Assembly: GCA_963693365.1 (NCBI GenBank)
Contig: CAVNZM010000005.1
Location: forward strand, 3,409,716-3,473,715
Source: Amoebidium appalachense
Taxonomy: Eukaryota > Protista > Ichthyosporea
DNA: 64,000 bases
Reading direction: 5' to 3'
Positions within the stretch are counted from its first letter, which is position 1, and each line of letters starts with the position of its first letter. The notes beneath the pieces were generated by a model that made no database searches, was not told the DNA's origin, and worked only from the letters and a program-made list of their open reading frames with translations. Shown here one piece after another: positions 45,827 to 60,507 of the stretch. The position numbers and the translations under genes were made by a program.

Positions 45827-46858
45827 TGTTTGTGTGCGTGTGTGTGTTTGTGTGTGTGTGTGTGTATGTGTGATGTACCGTATGTACATGACACTGCGAT
45901 TGTGTGCATGCCGTGTAAACTCTCGCCGTTCGCGTGCTCGCTTACATACAGATCCGCCCTGTATCCGCTATGTATGTACTTGATCACTCGAATGGAACAA
46001 AAGTCGCATGATGGATCAACCATCAGCGCGCGTACCTTTTGGCCTAGTGGTTACTCCGAGCCACGGTTCATATTAATCAGAGGGCCGTGTTGGAGCTCCC
46101 AGCTCGCAGCCGCGAGGATTGAGGTTCGAATCCCCAATCCGCCATGCCCAATTTTGTGTCCCCGAGACGCATCAAAGTTTACAGCCGTTGTACGTGCACT
46201 TGTGTGTGACAGGTCACGGTGTGTGCGTGTGTGCGTGTGCGTGTGCCAGTGAGTTGTGTGCGTATGTCCTTGTTTTCTTGTTTGTACTTGACTGTGTGTG
46301 AGGTTAACAAACGGTGTGGGAGGTTAACAAACGGTGTGGCACATAATCTGACACATCGTAACGCTTCATTAGGGCTCGGACTGTGAACGCTACACTGCCT
46401 CATTTGACTGAACTTCAACACAGCGCTGTTGGACTGAACGCATCACTGCAAATCGTGAAAATCATTCACTAAGCGTGTTTGGCAGCCAGCTTTAGAAGAA
46501 AAAATCCTTGGTGAGGAAGGGGCGGAAGGCCCCCAGGAAAAAAAGGGGGAGAGGGGGGGACCGGAGGGGAGGGGAGGGGGGAGGGAGGGGGGGAAGAGGA
46601 GGCGGGGGGGAGGGGGGGTTGTGGAACTATGTACAAAGGTAATCCACCAATTAACCAAATTGCAGCCTGCATGCATTTCTTGTGGGCTCTCAGTCTCAGT
46701 GCAGACCTCGAGCGCACCCGTCAAGGTGGGAAGGTGGCTACAAACAAGTGGCGGTGTTCTTTTCAGCACACGCTTGGGCCAAGTATGGTTGAGGGAATAA
46801 AAGGGGAGAGGGAAGGGGAGGGAGGAGGGGGGCGGGGGATTTGCCGGGGGAGGGGAGT

Positions 46859-46897
<39 letters not shown>

Positions 46898-47914
46898 CTG
46901 GTCATGTGTTGGCGCTTCGACTTTGTGCACGTGTGCGTTGCCGATTGGTGGCAAGTCACGTGGTTCATGGTACAAACAGTATTATACGTATACTTTGATA
47001 ATGACATCGAATTAGAACCATGACAAATCCAATTTTAATACCGTGGTAATGATCTCTCTGTTCGTGCTGCTTGGGCAATTAACACTGATAGGGTGTGTGT
47101 GTGTGGGACGGGTGCTTGGGGAGGGGAGGGGAGGGGGTGGGGGGGGGAAAGGGGGAGGGATGGAAGGGGGGTGGGGGGAGGGGTTAACACGTACTGACGT
47201 GTTGCCGCACGTGCGACGTTATACATCTACTCAGGCGGCTTTAAGCAAAAAAAAAAAAAAAAAAAAAAAAAAGTTAGACACCGCCTCAGTAGGTGGTAGG
47301 GGGAGGGGGGGAGAGGGAGGGGCTGGGAGGGGGGGGGGGGGGGGGGGGGAGGGGGGAGGGGGGAGTGGAAGGGGGGAGTGGGGGGAGGGGGGAGGGGGGG
47401 GGGAGGAAGGGGGAGGGAGGAGATGGCGCAGGCTAAGTTACTTTTGTGCTTGTGGCAGCTGAATTGAATAGATACCTCACTATCTCCCTACCTCCCTCAC
47501 TCCCCCCCAACACCGCCCCGCCTCCCCCCCCCCGCCTCAACCCCCCCCCCCCCCCACCCTCCCCCCGCCTACCCCCTCAACCCCCCCCCCCCCCCACCAA
47601 CCCCCCCCCCCTCTCTCCCCCTCCCCACCCCCCACCCCACCCCCACCCCCTCCCCCTTTTCCAGCCCCTTGAATTTGTTGTTGGGTACCGTGAAGCAAAC
47701 TTCAGGCTGTGGAATCACGTTTACCTTTGCAAGATTTATGTCACCCAACTAATGTACAAAGATAAGCGATTAGTTGGTAAGTGGATGTATACTGCACTTC
47801 CAGTCAGCATCCCTAACAAATAAATCTGTGCCAAGGGTACGCGATTCCACAGCCTGAAGTTTGTTGCGTACCCGACAAGGGCCTGGGAAGGGGGGGGGGA
47901 GGATGTGTGTGTGT

Positions 47915-47948
<34 letters not shown>

Positions 47949-48800
47949 GGGGGGGGGGGGGGGGGGGGGCAGGCTTGGAGTTGGGAGGGGGGTAGGGGGA
48001 TAGAAGAAAGGGGGGAGGAGTGGTCATGTGACTTGGTATCGAATGCTATTGGTCATATTAGATGCGAATGGGGGACAGGAGTGACTGTGAATGGATGTGT
48101 GTGGTTGTGGTTGTATGTGTGTGGTTGTGTGTGTGCATGCGCGCACACGCGCGCCCGTGTGTGTGTGTGTGTTTGGGGGGTGGCAGAGACCGAGGGGGAA
48201 GGGAGGGGAGGAATAGAGAGAGAGGGATGGAGGTGGGGGGCTCAAGCAATAAAGCCTATCAAAAAAACTTTGGTTACAGACTAGCAATCAAGCCTATCAA
48301 AAAAACTTAGGTTACAGATCTGGTTGTGCGTTATAACCAAAATCACTTCTCGTTGGCTAGATCACAGACTTGCCCCCTAGACTGTGCCCAACACGGTGAC
48401 AACACCCACTTAGGTTAGGGTGACGATATTTAAACTAAGCCGACTCTTCTCCCTGGCCTAACCACCCCTCCCTCCCCCCCCCCCCCCCCCTTCTTCCCCC
48501 CCCCCCCCCCCTTCTTCCCCCCCCCCCCCCCTCACCCCCCGCCCCCACCCCGCCCCTTTCCCCCCCCCTGCCCCCTGCGCCCCCTCGCCTCCAACTATCG
48601 CTTTCAGGCGGCGCCTCTATTCAAATATAGCTCCCGCACCCCCGCACACACACCCCTCTCCCCTGCGCCTGATATAGTCACCTTACATATTAGTTCCATA
48701 TCCCAGCACCCACCCGGTCAAAACAACCCTTAAACCCCCCCCCCCCCCCCTTCCCGTCAATCTCCTCCAACCCTACCCTCCCACCGCCCCGCCCCCTCTT

Positions 48801-48831
<31 letters not shown>

Positions 48832-49935
48832 AAAAAATAAAAAAAAGACCAAAAACCAAAAAGAGCCATACTTTAACACACGCATGCTGCGCTGCGCGCG
48901 TGTGTAGGCAAACTTTGCATTCCAACAAAAGCCATAAAAAAATAAAAAAAAAATAAAAAAATTGAAGTATGCAACTATGGAGTAGGATATCTCCCATACT
49001 ACACTCAATGGGTCTGTGTTTTGAGTTTCACGAGGAGTGTGTGTTTTGTCTCATGGTCTTAGATACAGGGGAACCCGGTGTATCTCGTATTCTAATTTTT
49101 TGAGGGGCGGGAGGGAGGCCAGGAGAAGGGGGCCAGGGATGGGGACATGGGCGTGGGTGAATGGGCCGGGATTCAGAGCGGGGCAAGGCACATCGGCTAT
49201 ATTTTAATAATTATATTAATTTTTTGATATTTCATAAAGACTTTCTTGAGGTTCTCTCCATATTAGAAGCAAACTAGATATCACAGATATCTCGATCACT
49301 GCTCACGAACACGGAGCAAATGACGACTTTAACTCTCGAAACATACTATGGTTATGATACAGTCAATACTTTATCACCGGGATTGTCTAAGTACGAGAAT
49401 CGTCTAACTTAGCAACGGAATCATCTGAGTCTAAGATAAATAAATACGTCTATCTAAATGTTTGCGACTGATCCTCCGGGGCTCGGCACAAAGGTGACAA
49501 AAACAAAGGGTACAACACAACAGCAAACACTGAAAGCAATTTTACAAGAAGGGGTCAAAATTGCAGAATCAGTAAGTGTGGTGGGTTTACGAGAGGAATG
49601 AGGGATACAAGTAGCTATTTTACACAACGACTGCAGAGATAACAAGAGAGTCTCCAGTGTTAAAAGAATCTGTCACAGGCTCCAGGGATATTGAGAACGA
49701 AACCAGGTAATATCCTGCGGAAATATATTGGAAGAGAAAAGTCAGCCTGTGCTGCTGATGGGGTCCAGTGTTTGGTTGCCTCTCTATGGGCCGATAAAAG
49801 AAGGGGAGGGTGGGTGGGGGAGCTGGGGGATGGGGATTCCAGGGTCAAATCCCAATGACTCAGAGGCTTTTTCGGCACCTGTCTTGCTTTTCTCAACTCC
49901 TTCCCTACATCCCCTCCTCCCCTTGTTCCCCCCTT

Positions 49936-49982
<47 letters not shown>

Positions 49983-50684
49983 AAAAAAAAAAAAAGAAAG
50001 AAAGAAAAGAAAAGAAAAAAAGAAAAGAAAAGAAAAAAAGAAAAGAAAAGAAAAAGAAAGAAAGAAAGAAAAGAAAAAGAAAGAAAAAAGAATTCGGGAA
50101 AAAAAAAGAAAACGAAACCAACACGCACAATTCACCCAACAACCCCAAATCATACGTCACGCACATACACACCACCTCGATGGCCACCACCACCCATCCC
50201 TATCCTACTTTTCCCTTCCTCACTATGCAAGCCGACAAGCATAGACCGTGTAAACCAGAACAGAGTCTCATTGTGTTCAGACCCCCCCCCCCCCCCTCCC
50301 CCGCCCCCCCCCCCCCTCCCCCTCCCACCCCGACCGGTAAAAAAAATAATCATTATCATGATAATAGAACAACTTGATATAGTTAGCACCCACCCTCTCG
50401 CCCACCCACCCCCAACCTCTCTCGACGCACACACACCGCTCTCGCCCTCCGACCGCAACCACCATAACCATGTCACCACAAGTACCGCAGCCACTATTTT
50501 TGGCTTACAAGAATGTCTGCACACCCACAAAAACGCTATAGCAAAGCAACAGAGAAAAAAAGTTTTTCTGATGTGTCTTGTGTATATGAGTGTCGGGTGT
50601 GAGGTGTAGGGTTCGACTGGGGGCATGGGAGGGTGGATGGGAGTGGTTTGGGTTGGATGGGTAGGGTCGGGTGGACGGGTGGAT

Positions 50685-50716
<32 letters not shown>

Positions 50717-51289
50717 GGGAGCAAGGCACAAAATAGGCATTCAATGCAATGAGATATGTCATCTTTTAGGTCTTCCCAAGAATGGTTAAGCCAAGCAGTT
50801 TGATCTGGAAGCCAGGCTGGGTGCAGTTACCACCCTGTTAGACTGAAAAGGGAGGATGTGTTAAAACCCCCATGCTGTTCGGGGTTTTATCATTGAATTC
50901 ACCCATAAATATAGTTATGACAAGTGACCTAAAGAAAACACTAGAAGTCTTGGACATGGCCTATACTTAGTAATCTATTAGTAGCCATAGTATATGATCA
51001 TTAAGTTTCCAAACCACTACTCCACCAATGGCTACAGCTGCCCAAAGTCGTGACAATATTATTCAGCATCATATTCCGGATCGAATAACGCATGAGTAAG
51101 AGAATAAAATATCCTCTAGATGCGTATGCACGTGTCTGCTATGTTTTGGTGTATGATCATATTATCTTGTATTTCAATGAAAACTTTCCTCTCTATGTTT
51201 CAATAGCCCTTTACTACCGTGCTCTATCCACATTCTCTGGTCCTTCCCCCCCCCCCCCCCCCCCCCCCCCCCCCATCATATATCTTCCC

Positions 51290-52089
51290 TGTTGAGCCCC
51301 CGTGGTCACACCCCAGCAACATGCAAGGAAAGTACAGACTTCTCCTCTAGGTCCTACAATTCTAGCAGTACAAGCAGAGTCAACACACTAGTAACACTAG
51401 AGCACCGAGAGCATGTGTATGTAAAGTGAGTCTTAAAGGTGATCAGTCCACACAACACACACACGCACACACATGCAAAAAGTGCAGAGACAGTGCACTT
51501 TGCCACAGCAAATTAGTAGCGCGGAGCCGTAGACACACACCGTCTGTATGCAATCCACAACTAATTTAATATACCGTTAATCCCTTCTCTTCCTTTTGTC
51601 TGCCGCAGGCAGATGCCTACACATTCCGAATGGGATCTATTCGAATCTATTTATCCAATCATCTAAACGAATACTCTGAATACTATAAATCTAGCCAATC
51701 AAAACACATGATATAATTGTCACATCACATCACGTACAGCGAAGACATAACCACTTATTCTGGCACCGTCCTCCCGCGACCTAGGACCAGAAACACAACG
51801 AGAAACTTATCCTCCTGCTGTGCGGGTGACACAACGTCTAACTATCAGCCAATAACAGCACAAACTATGAATAGCTTGCATGCCAGATACCAACAAAGGA
51901 TAAGACCCTGCGTGCCGTGCATGTCGATGAAATAAAGAGTGATAAGCACAATCTAGAAGCTATCTAAGCTATGTGCAGGAGCTGTGTACACACAAGGACA
52001 AACACAATATGTGCGTGACCAAAATATACGCATACATTTGTGCGAAACGCTGTGTGTGTGATCGTGCACTATTGTTGTATATTCTGACA
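51290..52089 (-). mobile_element. Putative 3' LTR of the Ty1/copia remnant
   Basis: On the minus strand a short purine tract AAGGGGTG is followed by TGTCAGAAT at 52089, and a candidate end ...CTCAACA lies at 51290. There is no second LTR to confirm the boundaries. Confidence 0.4.
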
Positions 52090-52228
52090 CACCCCTTACA
52101 ACACTAGGGCACAAAAGAAAAATAGCGAAAATTCAGCAAAGAAAATCGCACCAATAGAAACCAGCGAATAAATTTTAACGAAAAACGAAAACACGCACAC
52201 CCTTGGTTGGGTGGCCACCAAAGCTCGC

Positions 52229-52660
52229 TCACACCATCTGCACCTTGCTGGATGGGGTCCCACGAATCTGCATGCCCACCAATGTCTTGCCGTTGTCGGG
52301 CAACACACGCGTTAGCGCCTTGGTGAACATGTCTGCCGCCTGCTGATTGGTTGGCACATATACAAGTGCAATGTCGCTGCAACACACGTGGTGGCGAGTA
52401 AGGTGGTATTTAATCGCAATGTGCTTGGTGCGATTGAACAGCTCGGGGTTCTTCGCAATCTTGATGAAGGCCTGGTTGCCCTCGTGCAGAATGGTGGGGC
52501 CGGTGGGTGTGAAGCCACAGGCGGTAACCAATTTGCGCAACCACACCGCCTCCTTCGTCGCACGTGCCGCGCTCACATACTCTGCTTCTGCGGTGCTGTC
52601 TGTCATCACGGTCTGAAGCTTCGACATCCAACAAATCTCACCACCGCTGGCGAGGAAAAC

Positions 52661-52662
<2 letters not shown>
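52229..52662 (-). pseudogene. Ty1/copia retrotransposon RNase H fragment
   Basis: ICWMSKLQTVMTDSTAEAEYV..EGNQAFIKIAKNPELFNRTKHIAIKYH..YVPTNQQAADMFTKAL. It is truncated at a poly-G tract, with no RT or integrase upstream. Confidence 0.92.
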
Positions 52663-52694
<32 letters not shown>

Positions 52695-52891
52695 CCCCCT
52701 TCCCCTACGGTCATTGCCATCAACACCACACACACACAGACACACCTTGCACACACACATAAACACAAAGGGCCCGCTTGCGCTATCTGAAGGCCTCCTA
52801 TATACCAACAATAGGTCGGCCTTGGCGCACACACACACACACACGTGACATGTAACATGCACACATGAGCACGCGTGCATGTGCTCACACA

Positions 52892-52947
<56 letters not shown>

Positions 52948-53413
52948 AGCACGTACACATGTTCATCAAAGGGGTAGATGTGGGGAGAACCCGGGGTGTG
53001 CCGTTGTGGTAGACTAATACCTGGGTAGCCTTAAGGGACAGAGTAACAAATGGAAATATATCTCGGCACAGATTTACATCGTGTAACATTGCTGTTGACT
53101 GTGTTAGTAACATTGTAACTTGTTGGTCCAGGGCGGAAATACTGTTGGCCTTGGTGCATGCGCCTGATTACAGCCTCACACACATATATCGACAACAAAC
53201 AGCATATTCCCCCCCCCCCCCTCCCCCCCCCCCCCCCCCCCCCCCCCCCTTCGGCCCGTGCCCTATATGTTCGTTTCCCTTTTAGCCTATGGGGATTATA
53301 GACCCTAAACACCCAAAAGCACTTGGTGACGGCTTTCCCCCTTTCCTTTGCTAATCAAGGCTTCATTTTCGTAGTACTTTGCCGCCGTGCCTCTTTTTTT
53401 GTTTTTTTGGTAT

Positions 53414-53445
<32 letters not shown>

Positions 53446-53823
53446 CTGTTCGTTTATTTGTTGGGAAGCTATCCTGCTGTTGTTGGTGTGGCAATTTTTT
53501 TTCTTTTTTGGATTTAAGGGCAGGGGTGGGAAAGGGGGGAGGGAATGGGTGGGGGGAGGGGGGGGAAGAGGGGGGGGGGAGGGGGGGGGGGGGGGGGGAG
53601 GGGGGAATGTGTACATATGTGTACCAACTTAAGCTGATATACGAGTACGTGATTAGCTGACACATTTGCGTTGCGGTCTGTTAACTATTTCAAGGTACAT
53701 CACGTACTAAGTATTGTGAAAGAGTGCGGTACTATGTAACACTCAATTTATAAACTTTGAAAATGGCAGTGTTTATGAATGAGAGGACGTTAGAAATTCA
53801 ATTGATCAAGTCGTTCCACCACC

Positions 53824-53856
<33 letters not shown>

Positions 53857-54492
53857 ACACACACACCCCAAAACTCCCCCCTTCATGCAGCCTGTAGTAA
53901 TACCTGCAGCGGAGATTTCTTTTCCACTGCTTTTCTGCCTTCCCAGTCACCCACCCTGTAAACTTCAAGCCCAGCCGTGTACGTGATATAACCTGATGGG
54001 ATATACCGAGCAACCCCACCCCCACCCCCCCCACCCCACCCCCCAATTCCTGAGACTGGGCTCTCTGTGCCTCGCGAACAGCGTAAGACCCCTAGGCTAT
54101 ATAGGAGATTGATTTCCGATGTGTGGTTGTGGTCCACCAGTACTAGTGTCGGTGTGCTTATGTATTTGTGAGCGGTGTGACCGTGAGCGTGTGGGGTGTT
54201 TTTTTTTTTTTTTTTTTTTTTTTTGTGTGGTTGGAGGGGGGGGGGGATCATGGTGGTATCATGATCTGTTTACGGAAATATGAAACTTACGTAAACGTCA
54301 GGGTTTCCTCCGGGATAAAGCGGGATAATAAAAAAAGGAAATGTTAAAGTCGCATAGATATTGGTTTTTTCTTTTCACCAAAGCAATTTTTAAACTTTCA
54401 TATTTACTTTTTCATCTCGGCATCGATATCTAGCTATGTATTGAGATATGATTCAGCATTTTAAGTATGGGGGATCATGATGCAACACCTCG

Positions 54493-54682
<190 letters not shown>

Positions 54683-54701
54683 CCTCCGCCTTTTTTTCCT
54701 C

Positions 54702-54734
<33 letters not shown>

Positions 54735-54794
54735 ACGCACATACACGTACAAGTACACATACAACAACAATTCGAAACACATACACCACCGCCG

Positions 54795-54828
<34 letters not shown>

Positions 54829-55036
54829 TGCAAATGGTGCATCATACACACACACATACACACCAAGGCCTCCTAGATACAACTAGGAGGCCTTGACACA
54901 CACACACATGTACACACACACATACGCAGTGCCACGCACACACAGCGCCCGCGCGAGTACACACACACATGGGCCACACCTGCACACCCTCATGCACACG
55001 CATGAACACACTCGAGCCTGCACGCACACACGCACG

Positions 55037-55101
<65 letters not shown>

Positions 55102-55156
55102 ATACTCGCACACACACACACACGTGTACACGCACACACACACAGCACGTGCACGT

Positions 55157-55208
<52 letters not shown>

Positions 55209-55275
55209 TCGCACACACACACACACGTGTACATGCACACACACACAGCACGTGCACGTGCACCCTATCTTATGT

Positions 55276-55343
<68 letters not shown>

Positions 55344-56418
55344 GTGTACACGTGCACGCACACATACACACATGCCCGTCTGCCCTACCTTGTGTCAGGT
55401 GCACAAACACAAAGACTCACACACACGCGCGCGCGCACACACACACACGTGTCGGGAATCCGAATGACCCATGTCATATCAGCATACAGTAGTTGGGTCA
55501 TTTAAATGTGTGCGAGCCCAATGGTCACAGATACCGGTGAGTGCAATTAGGAACAAGGGATGGGTAGATACTGTGCCAGGCCAGAGGGACTTCAACCTAC
55601 CAAGGCATTGCAGCCGAGGGTTCTGTGAGCATATATACGGGTAACAGATGTGTCACGTTGACGTAAGTTCTTGTGTGTTCAACCAGGTGGTCAGAATGTG
55701 TACATGTGTGGTTGGTTAGAAGGTAACGTATGCAATGGGCCATGCTATTTGCCCATGCAAGGATTACATAAACCTGACTGCAAGAGCTAGGCCCGCTCTA
55801 CTCGCGGCCCACGTAACTTGCCTCTTCCCCACACGTATGCAAGGCGCTCATCTGTCATCCTAAGCAACGTGCATATATGGTAAGCGCAAAGCCAGGTGGT
55901 GGCGCACTCTGCACCACCGCAAAGAGACGGAACATGGATGCAGGCCAGTGTATAAAAGAAGCAAACTTGTGTTTCAAAAGGGAGCCAAAATCAGCAGGAC
56001 ACGTGCGCAAGGGCACATAGCAAGCAGGACAGCTGCACAGAGCTGAGAGGGTGCAAAATATAGTCCACCCAAGGTGCTTCGTTGCGTTTATCCATACTCT
56101 TTATTTTGTTTCTCGAAAAACCCGAAAAGCCCCTCTGTAACCAGTTTCTCAATTCAGCCTAAAACACGTTAACACCATAGCTCCCCCAAACACATATTCC
56201 CTAAATTTTGTCTGTAGTCTTGTATCATTATACACGTAAAAATAACTTGCACACAAGCTGTCGAGCCACAAATACTGTTTACTGTTCTATTATCCAGCAT
56301 TTTCTTACACCACACCTTTTAACAAGCACCTTCAAGGTGCCATAAAAGCGTATACTTTCGTGCCATGTTTTTGCACACAAAAGGACCCAAGCTGCAATAC
56401 TAAATATCATAGTACCAA

Positions 56419-57040
56419 CTAAGCAGTCAAGTGTAGCGTCGCCTTCAAGAAGACACATTCGCCATCTTCATCAGTCATAATTTCCACACGCGGAGTGCGC
56501 TGGAACTGGTGCGGTGATACCGACCGACCTTCGGGGAATTCGCACCCGCAAAACCACCGCGTGTTTCGGGTAGCGTGTGGCTTGCTCATAGACGGAAGAG
56601 GCTCCGCTGGCGTGACGTTTGGAAAAGGCAAGATACGCCCTCACGATAGTCACAAGTTCGAGCGGGGTTACGCTGTCGGGGATACCCGGGAACGGGGGAT
56701 GAGCCTCTGTGTTCACCTCCAACAAAGCAACGCCGTCGACTACTGTAAAATCTTCGCTAAACTCCAGCTGATAACCAACTGCCTCGCGGAAACTTTCGGG
56801 GGAACTCGGAGACGAGCCCGGAGACCCGGGCGAAGACTCCCGCAGCCTCAGAGAAACATTAGGCTTGCGATTGGCCTGCTGCCAACGCTTGTTGATACCT
56901 CCATAGTGGAGGCTGCGCTCGTGAGAGCGGTTTTGGACAGGAATATGGCACAGACGCTTTGCTGTAACAGCAGCGACACGACTCAGCAGGGGCCCATTGT
57001 TGCCAGCACTGAACGATAAAACGGTGTCACTATTGCTCAT
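56419..57040 (-). CDS. Hypothetical coding region (strand and frame uncertain)
   Basis: High-complexity stretch with a 189-aa ATG-initiated minus ORF, an overlapping second minus frame ending at 56419, and a 174-aa plus ORF. No recognisable motif. Confidence 0.4.
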
Positions 57041-59219
57041 TCCACAAAAAAACTGTGCTTGTTTGAGTGTGTCAGATAGACTGACGGTTGGTGAGGCAAA
57101 AAATAAGGTGCACTACTAGCAGTGCACAGACACCGAGACTAACTAATTATTAATAACATCAAACTACGGCCCCTTAAGCCGTAACTCATCAGGGGTGATT
57201 GAACACGGATAACCGAGCTTGAACGAACAGCACAAAACACCCCCATAACGGCGCCTCCAAAGAAGCAGATTCAGTCACAAATGCCCATGCCCTAATCAGT
57301 CACCCAGTTTTATAGCTCACGGCCTACCACGGCTCCTGAATGGTCCGCGAATAGAATTCCCGTCAAAACTGGTTTGTGACCGGTTTCCGGTATTTTGATG
57401 AGCTGAGGGGCTAATGTAAGGGGCACCCTAGTGAGGTTAGCATTTCCATGATTGAGCTACTTAGTGTTTGTTTTTATGCCGTAATAGCTTAATTTATCAT
57501 AAAATATTATACAATAGATTAAGTTGCCTACTTAATACGTGACATATTGAGAATATTTATGTAAATAGTCTGTGAATCGCCAATCTCAAAAAGTGTAAAA
57601 ACGGGAGACCTCGGAGGCTCGGCCGGATTGACCTGTTCAGGTTTAGGGACCAGGTGATATTTAGCGAATCGCAAATGACATCAAGGAAGGGTCGTAACCC
57701 GGTCGTTGAAGACTCGTTGCGATCTCAGCAGTAGACGTTCTCAGAAAGGCAGAATTTTTGATCAATAAACACAAATAAAAGCGCAACAACAGCTTATAAT
57801 TAGTTTTGTATTTATTTTGGGCTGTTTTGCTTTGGCAGTTACTTTCCGGTGCCCGTATGTATGTCGGCGTCCTTCACTGGAATAGCACGCCTCTGTCGCC
57901 TCATACTCTAAAACGAGCCAGGGACTAATATCCAAGAGCTTGAATTTTACGCCCTAAAATAAGAGCAAGTGCCTAAAACAAAGTGTAAACGAATGATTTC
58001 AAAATACAGCAGACTACAGTCAATGACTTTAATGCTTTATAATATAATATACCACATGTGTGATAAAAAGAATCAAACAAATCAGGGAAAGTCTGTCAGA
58101 CGACTCAGCAAATAACCGACTTGACAAGAAAATTACTTCGACCCCGCTCGAAAAATACGGATGGTGGCCGTGGGGAGTAGAAGTCCTCTAATTGGATATG
58201 AAAAACACCAATCGCGACACAGTAATGATTCTGCACATTGCGCATCTTTAAGATTTTAAAAAGGGTTTAAATGTTATAGTTCATTGGATAACAATACACA
58301 GGTCACGTATTCTGCCCACTGCGGCCCAGCGCCGCCGTCAGAGCCAAGCGCATGTCACCAGAGTAAAGACCAGTGCACGCCTATCCATGCTGAGGTATGT
58401 ACTTGAATGAGAGAAAAACCATACCAAAAACAAAAGAGCCGATGCTTGTCGCATAAAAAGAAGAAAAACAGATATCCATGTGTTTTACACCTGCTTGAAT
58501 AAGCAAGCGCGCGAGTGTCCACGAACTCCACAGAACCGAGTTTACTGATGTGATCTCCTGAACGTTTTTGAAATCGATCCCCTAAGCCCTACCAAATATG
58601 TCATAACTGCTAATGGACCAATCATAGGCCTCACATATTTCAGGAGAACCTTTTCTGGCTAACCGGTTTGTTTGAGCGAAAGAAATTGATTGGAACGTGA
58701 CAGTGAGCTCGAGTGTCCGGCGTTTCGGTTGTTTTGTTTCTGGCAGCTGGGCACATACGGGTATCCGTGGAGAATACCCATATGGTGCACCTCGTGTTCG
58801 CGGATTGGCCGGAAGGACTTGAGCGGCCAACAAAACCGGTACCCCCGTGGCGTGTTTGAGGTTGCAAAGCAGCTGAAGCAGGTGGGGGGCTATGATAGGG
58901 AGCCTCCGTGTCGGGAGAATTCTACACTGTAGCTAATAATTGCCATATGCATATGGCCGCGCGCAAGTAAGTTCAGCTTGATAATCAAACTGCGCAGTGG
59001 CACATAGAATTTAGGTAGGTGACATAGGGTTGGAACTTCCAGGCTGGGGCCCCCTCCCCCCTCCCTCCCCCCCCCCCCCCCCTCCCCCCCTCCCCTCCCC
59101 CCCCCCCCTCCCCCCTCCCCTCCCCCCCCCCCCCCCCCACACACACATACACACACACACCCCCACACCCACCCACCCACACCACCCACCCACCCACCCA
59201 ATATTATGCCAAAAAAAAA

Positions 59220-59251
<32 letters not shown>

Positions 59252-59409
59252 GGGAGGGGGGGAGGGGGACGAGGAAGAGGAGAACTACCATGTTACTAAT
59301 AATTCATGTAATAATAATATTAGTTATGTAAACAAAAAGGTAGTGGTTTTAATTTGCAAGGGGCGCCCGGTAACTTTATGACTCATAATTATGGCACTGC
59401 ACGCGCGGA

Positions 59410-59441
<32 letters not shown>

Positions 59442-60507
59442 AGTGTGTGTGTGTGTGCGTGTGTGCGCACGTGTATGGCTGTGTGTCAGGTGTGTGTGTG
59501 TGTGCATGTGTGTATCTGTCGTCATAGTGTGTACTCGTGTGGGTGAGTGTTCCACCCAGTAAGCGCAGGGTCACTGAATTTGGTGTGGGACGCCGTGGTT
59601 CTCATACTATCAATATGGACGCGCATGCGCGGACCAGCCCCAGAGAGGGGGAGGGGGGGGGGGGGGGGCACAGTGTATTGCGATTGGTCCTAAATGGCCC
59701 ATGATATGGTCTACACATTCCACCGCTTCCTTCAAAATAATGTGACATCATCGTTTCATACCCCGAGGCTGTACTACTTAGCCAGATTCTGTTGCCTATT
59801 GGTCAGCAGCACAGTGTTATCAAAAATACTATGCATGATGCCCGATTTGGACAGCTGAACAAAAACAGTCACGGTGACTTTATTTTACTTTATACATTTA
59901 GCATACAATGAATCCAAACTTAGTCTATTAAGTAATTCGTTCACTCTCTGGTAGTGATTTATACAAGTGGCCAGTTTGAGGCAGTGTTACAGTATGACTA
60001 TTTGGTGAACATTGAAAGTAGCATGTTACAAGGCGCCAAACCGTGAGAGGGCACCCAGGGGCGAACGGGGTTAATGGGTAGCAAGTGTGTGTGTTTGTGT
60101 GTGTTTGTGTGTGTTTGTGTGTGTGTGTGTGTGCGCGCGCGCGCGTGTGCGTGCATGCACGGCACGGTGACTAGGGTAATGAAACTGAAACGTGTGTATC
60201 TTACTGCAATAGATAGCATAACCAGTCAACAGTGTGTAAGGAGACATAGGACGTAATCGGATGCACATACCCCCTGTCACTCGTGTGTCATGGTGGTTGG
60301 TGGCTCACCACTTGTGAGTGTGTGTATGCATGTCTTTGTGGTAATGATCGATGGTTTGGACTGGTGATGGTGTGTGCGCCCATGTGTGTGTGTTCATGTG
60401 TGCGTGTTCGTGAAGGGGGTTGGTTAGGGGAAGGGAGAAAGGGGTGGTGATGGTGATGGTGGTGGTTTTTGGGGAGGGGTCAACAGCCCCGAAGTTCCAC
60501 CTTGCAC

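Noticed and set aside
49728-50609. Lys/Pro-rich 293-aa ORF
   Set aside because: Derived from poly-C and (GAAAA)n low-complexity DNA.
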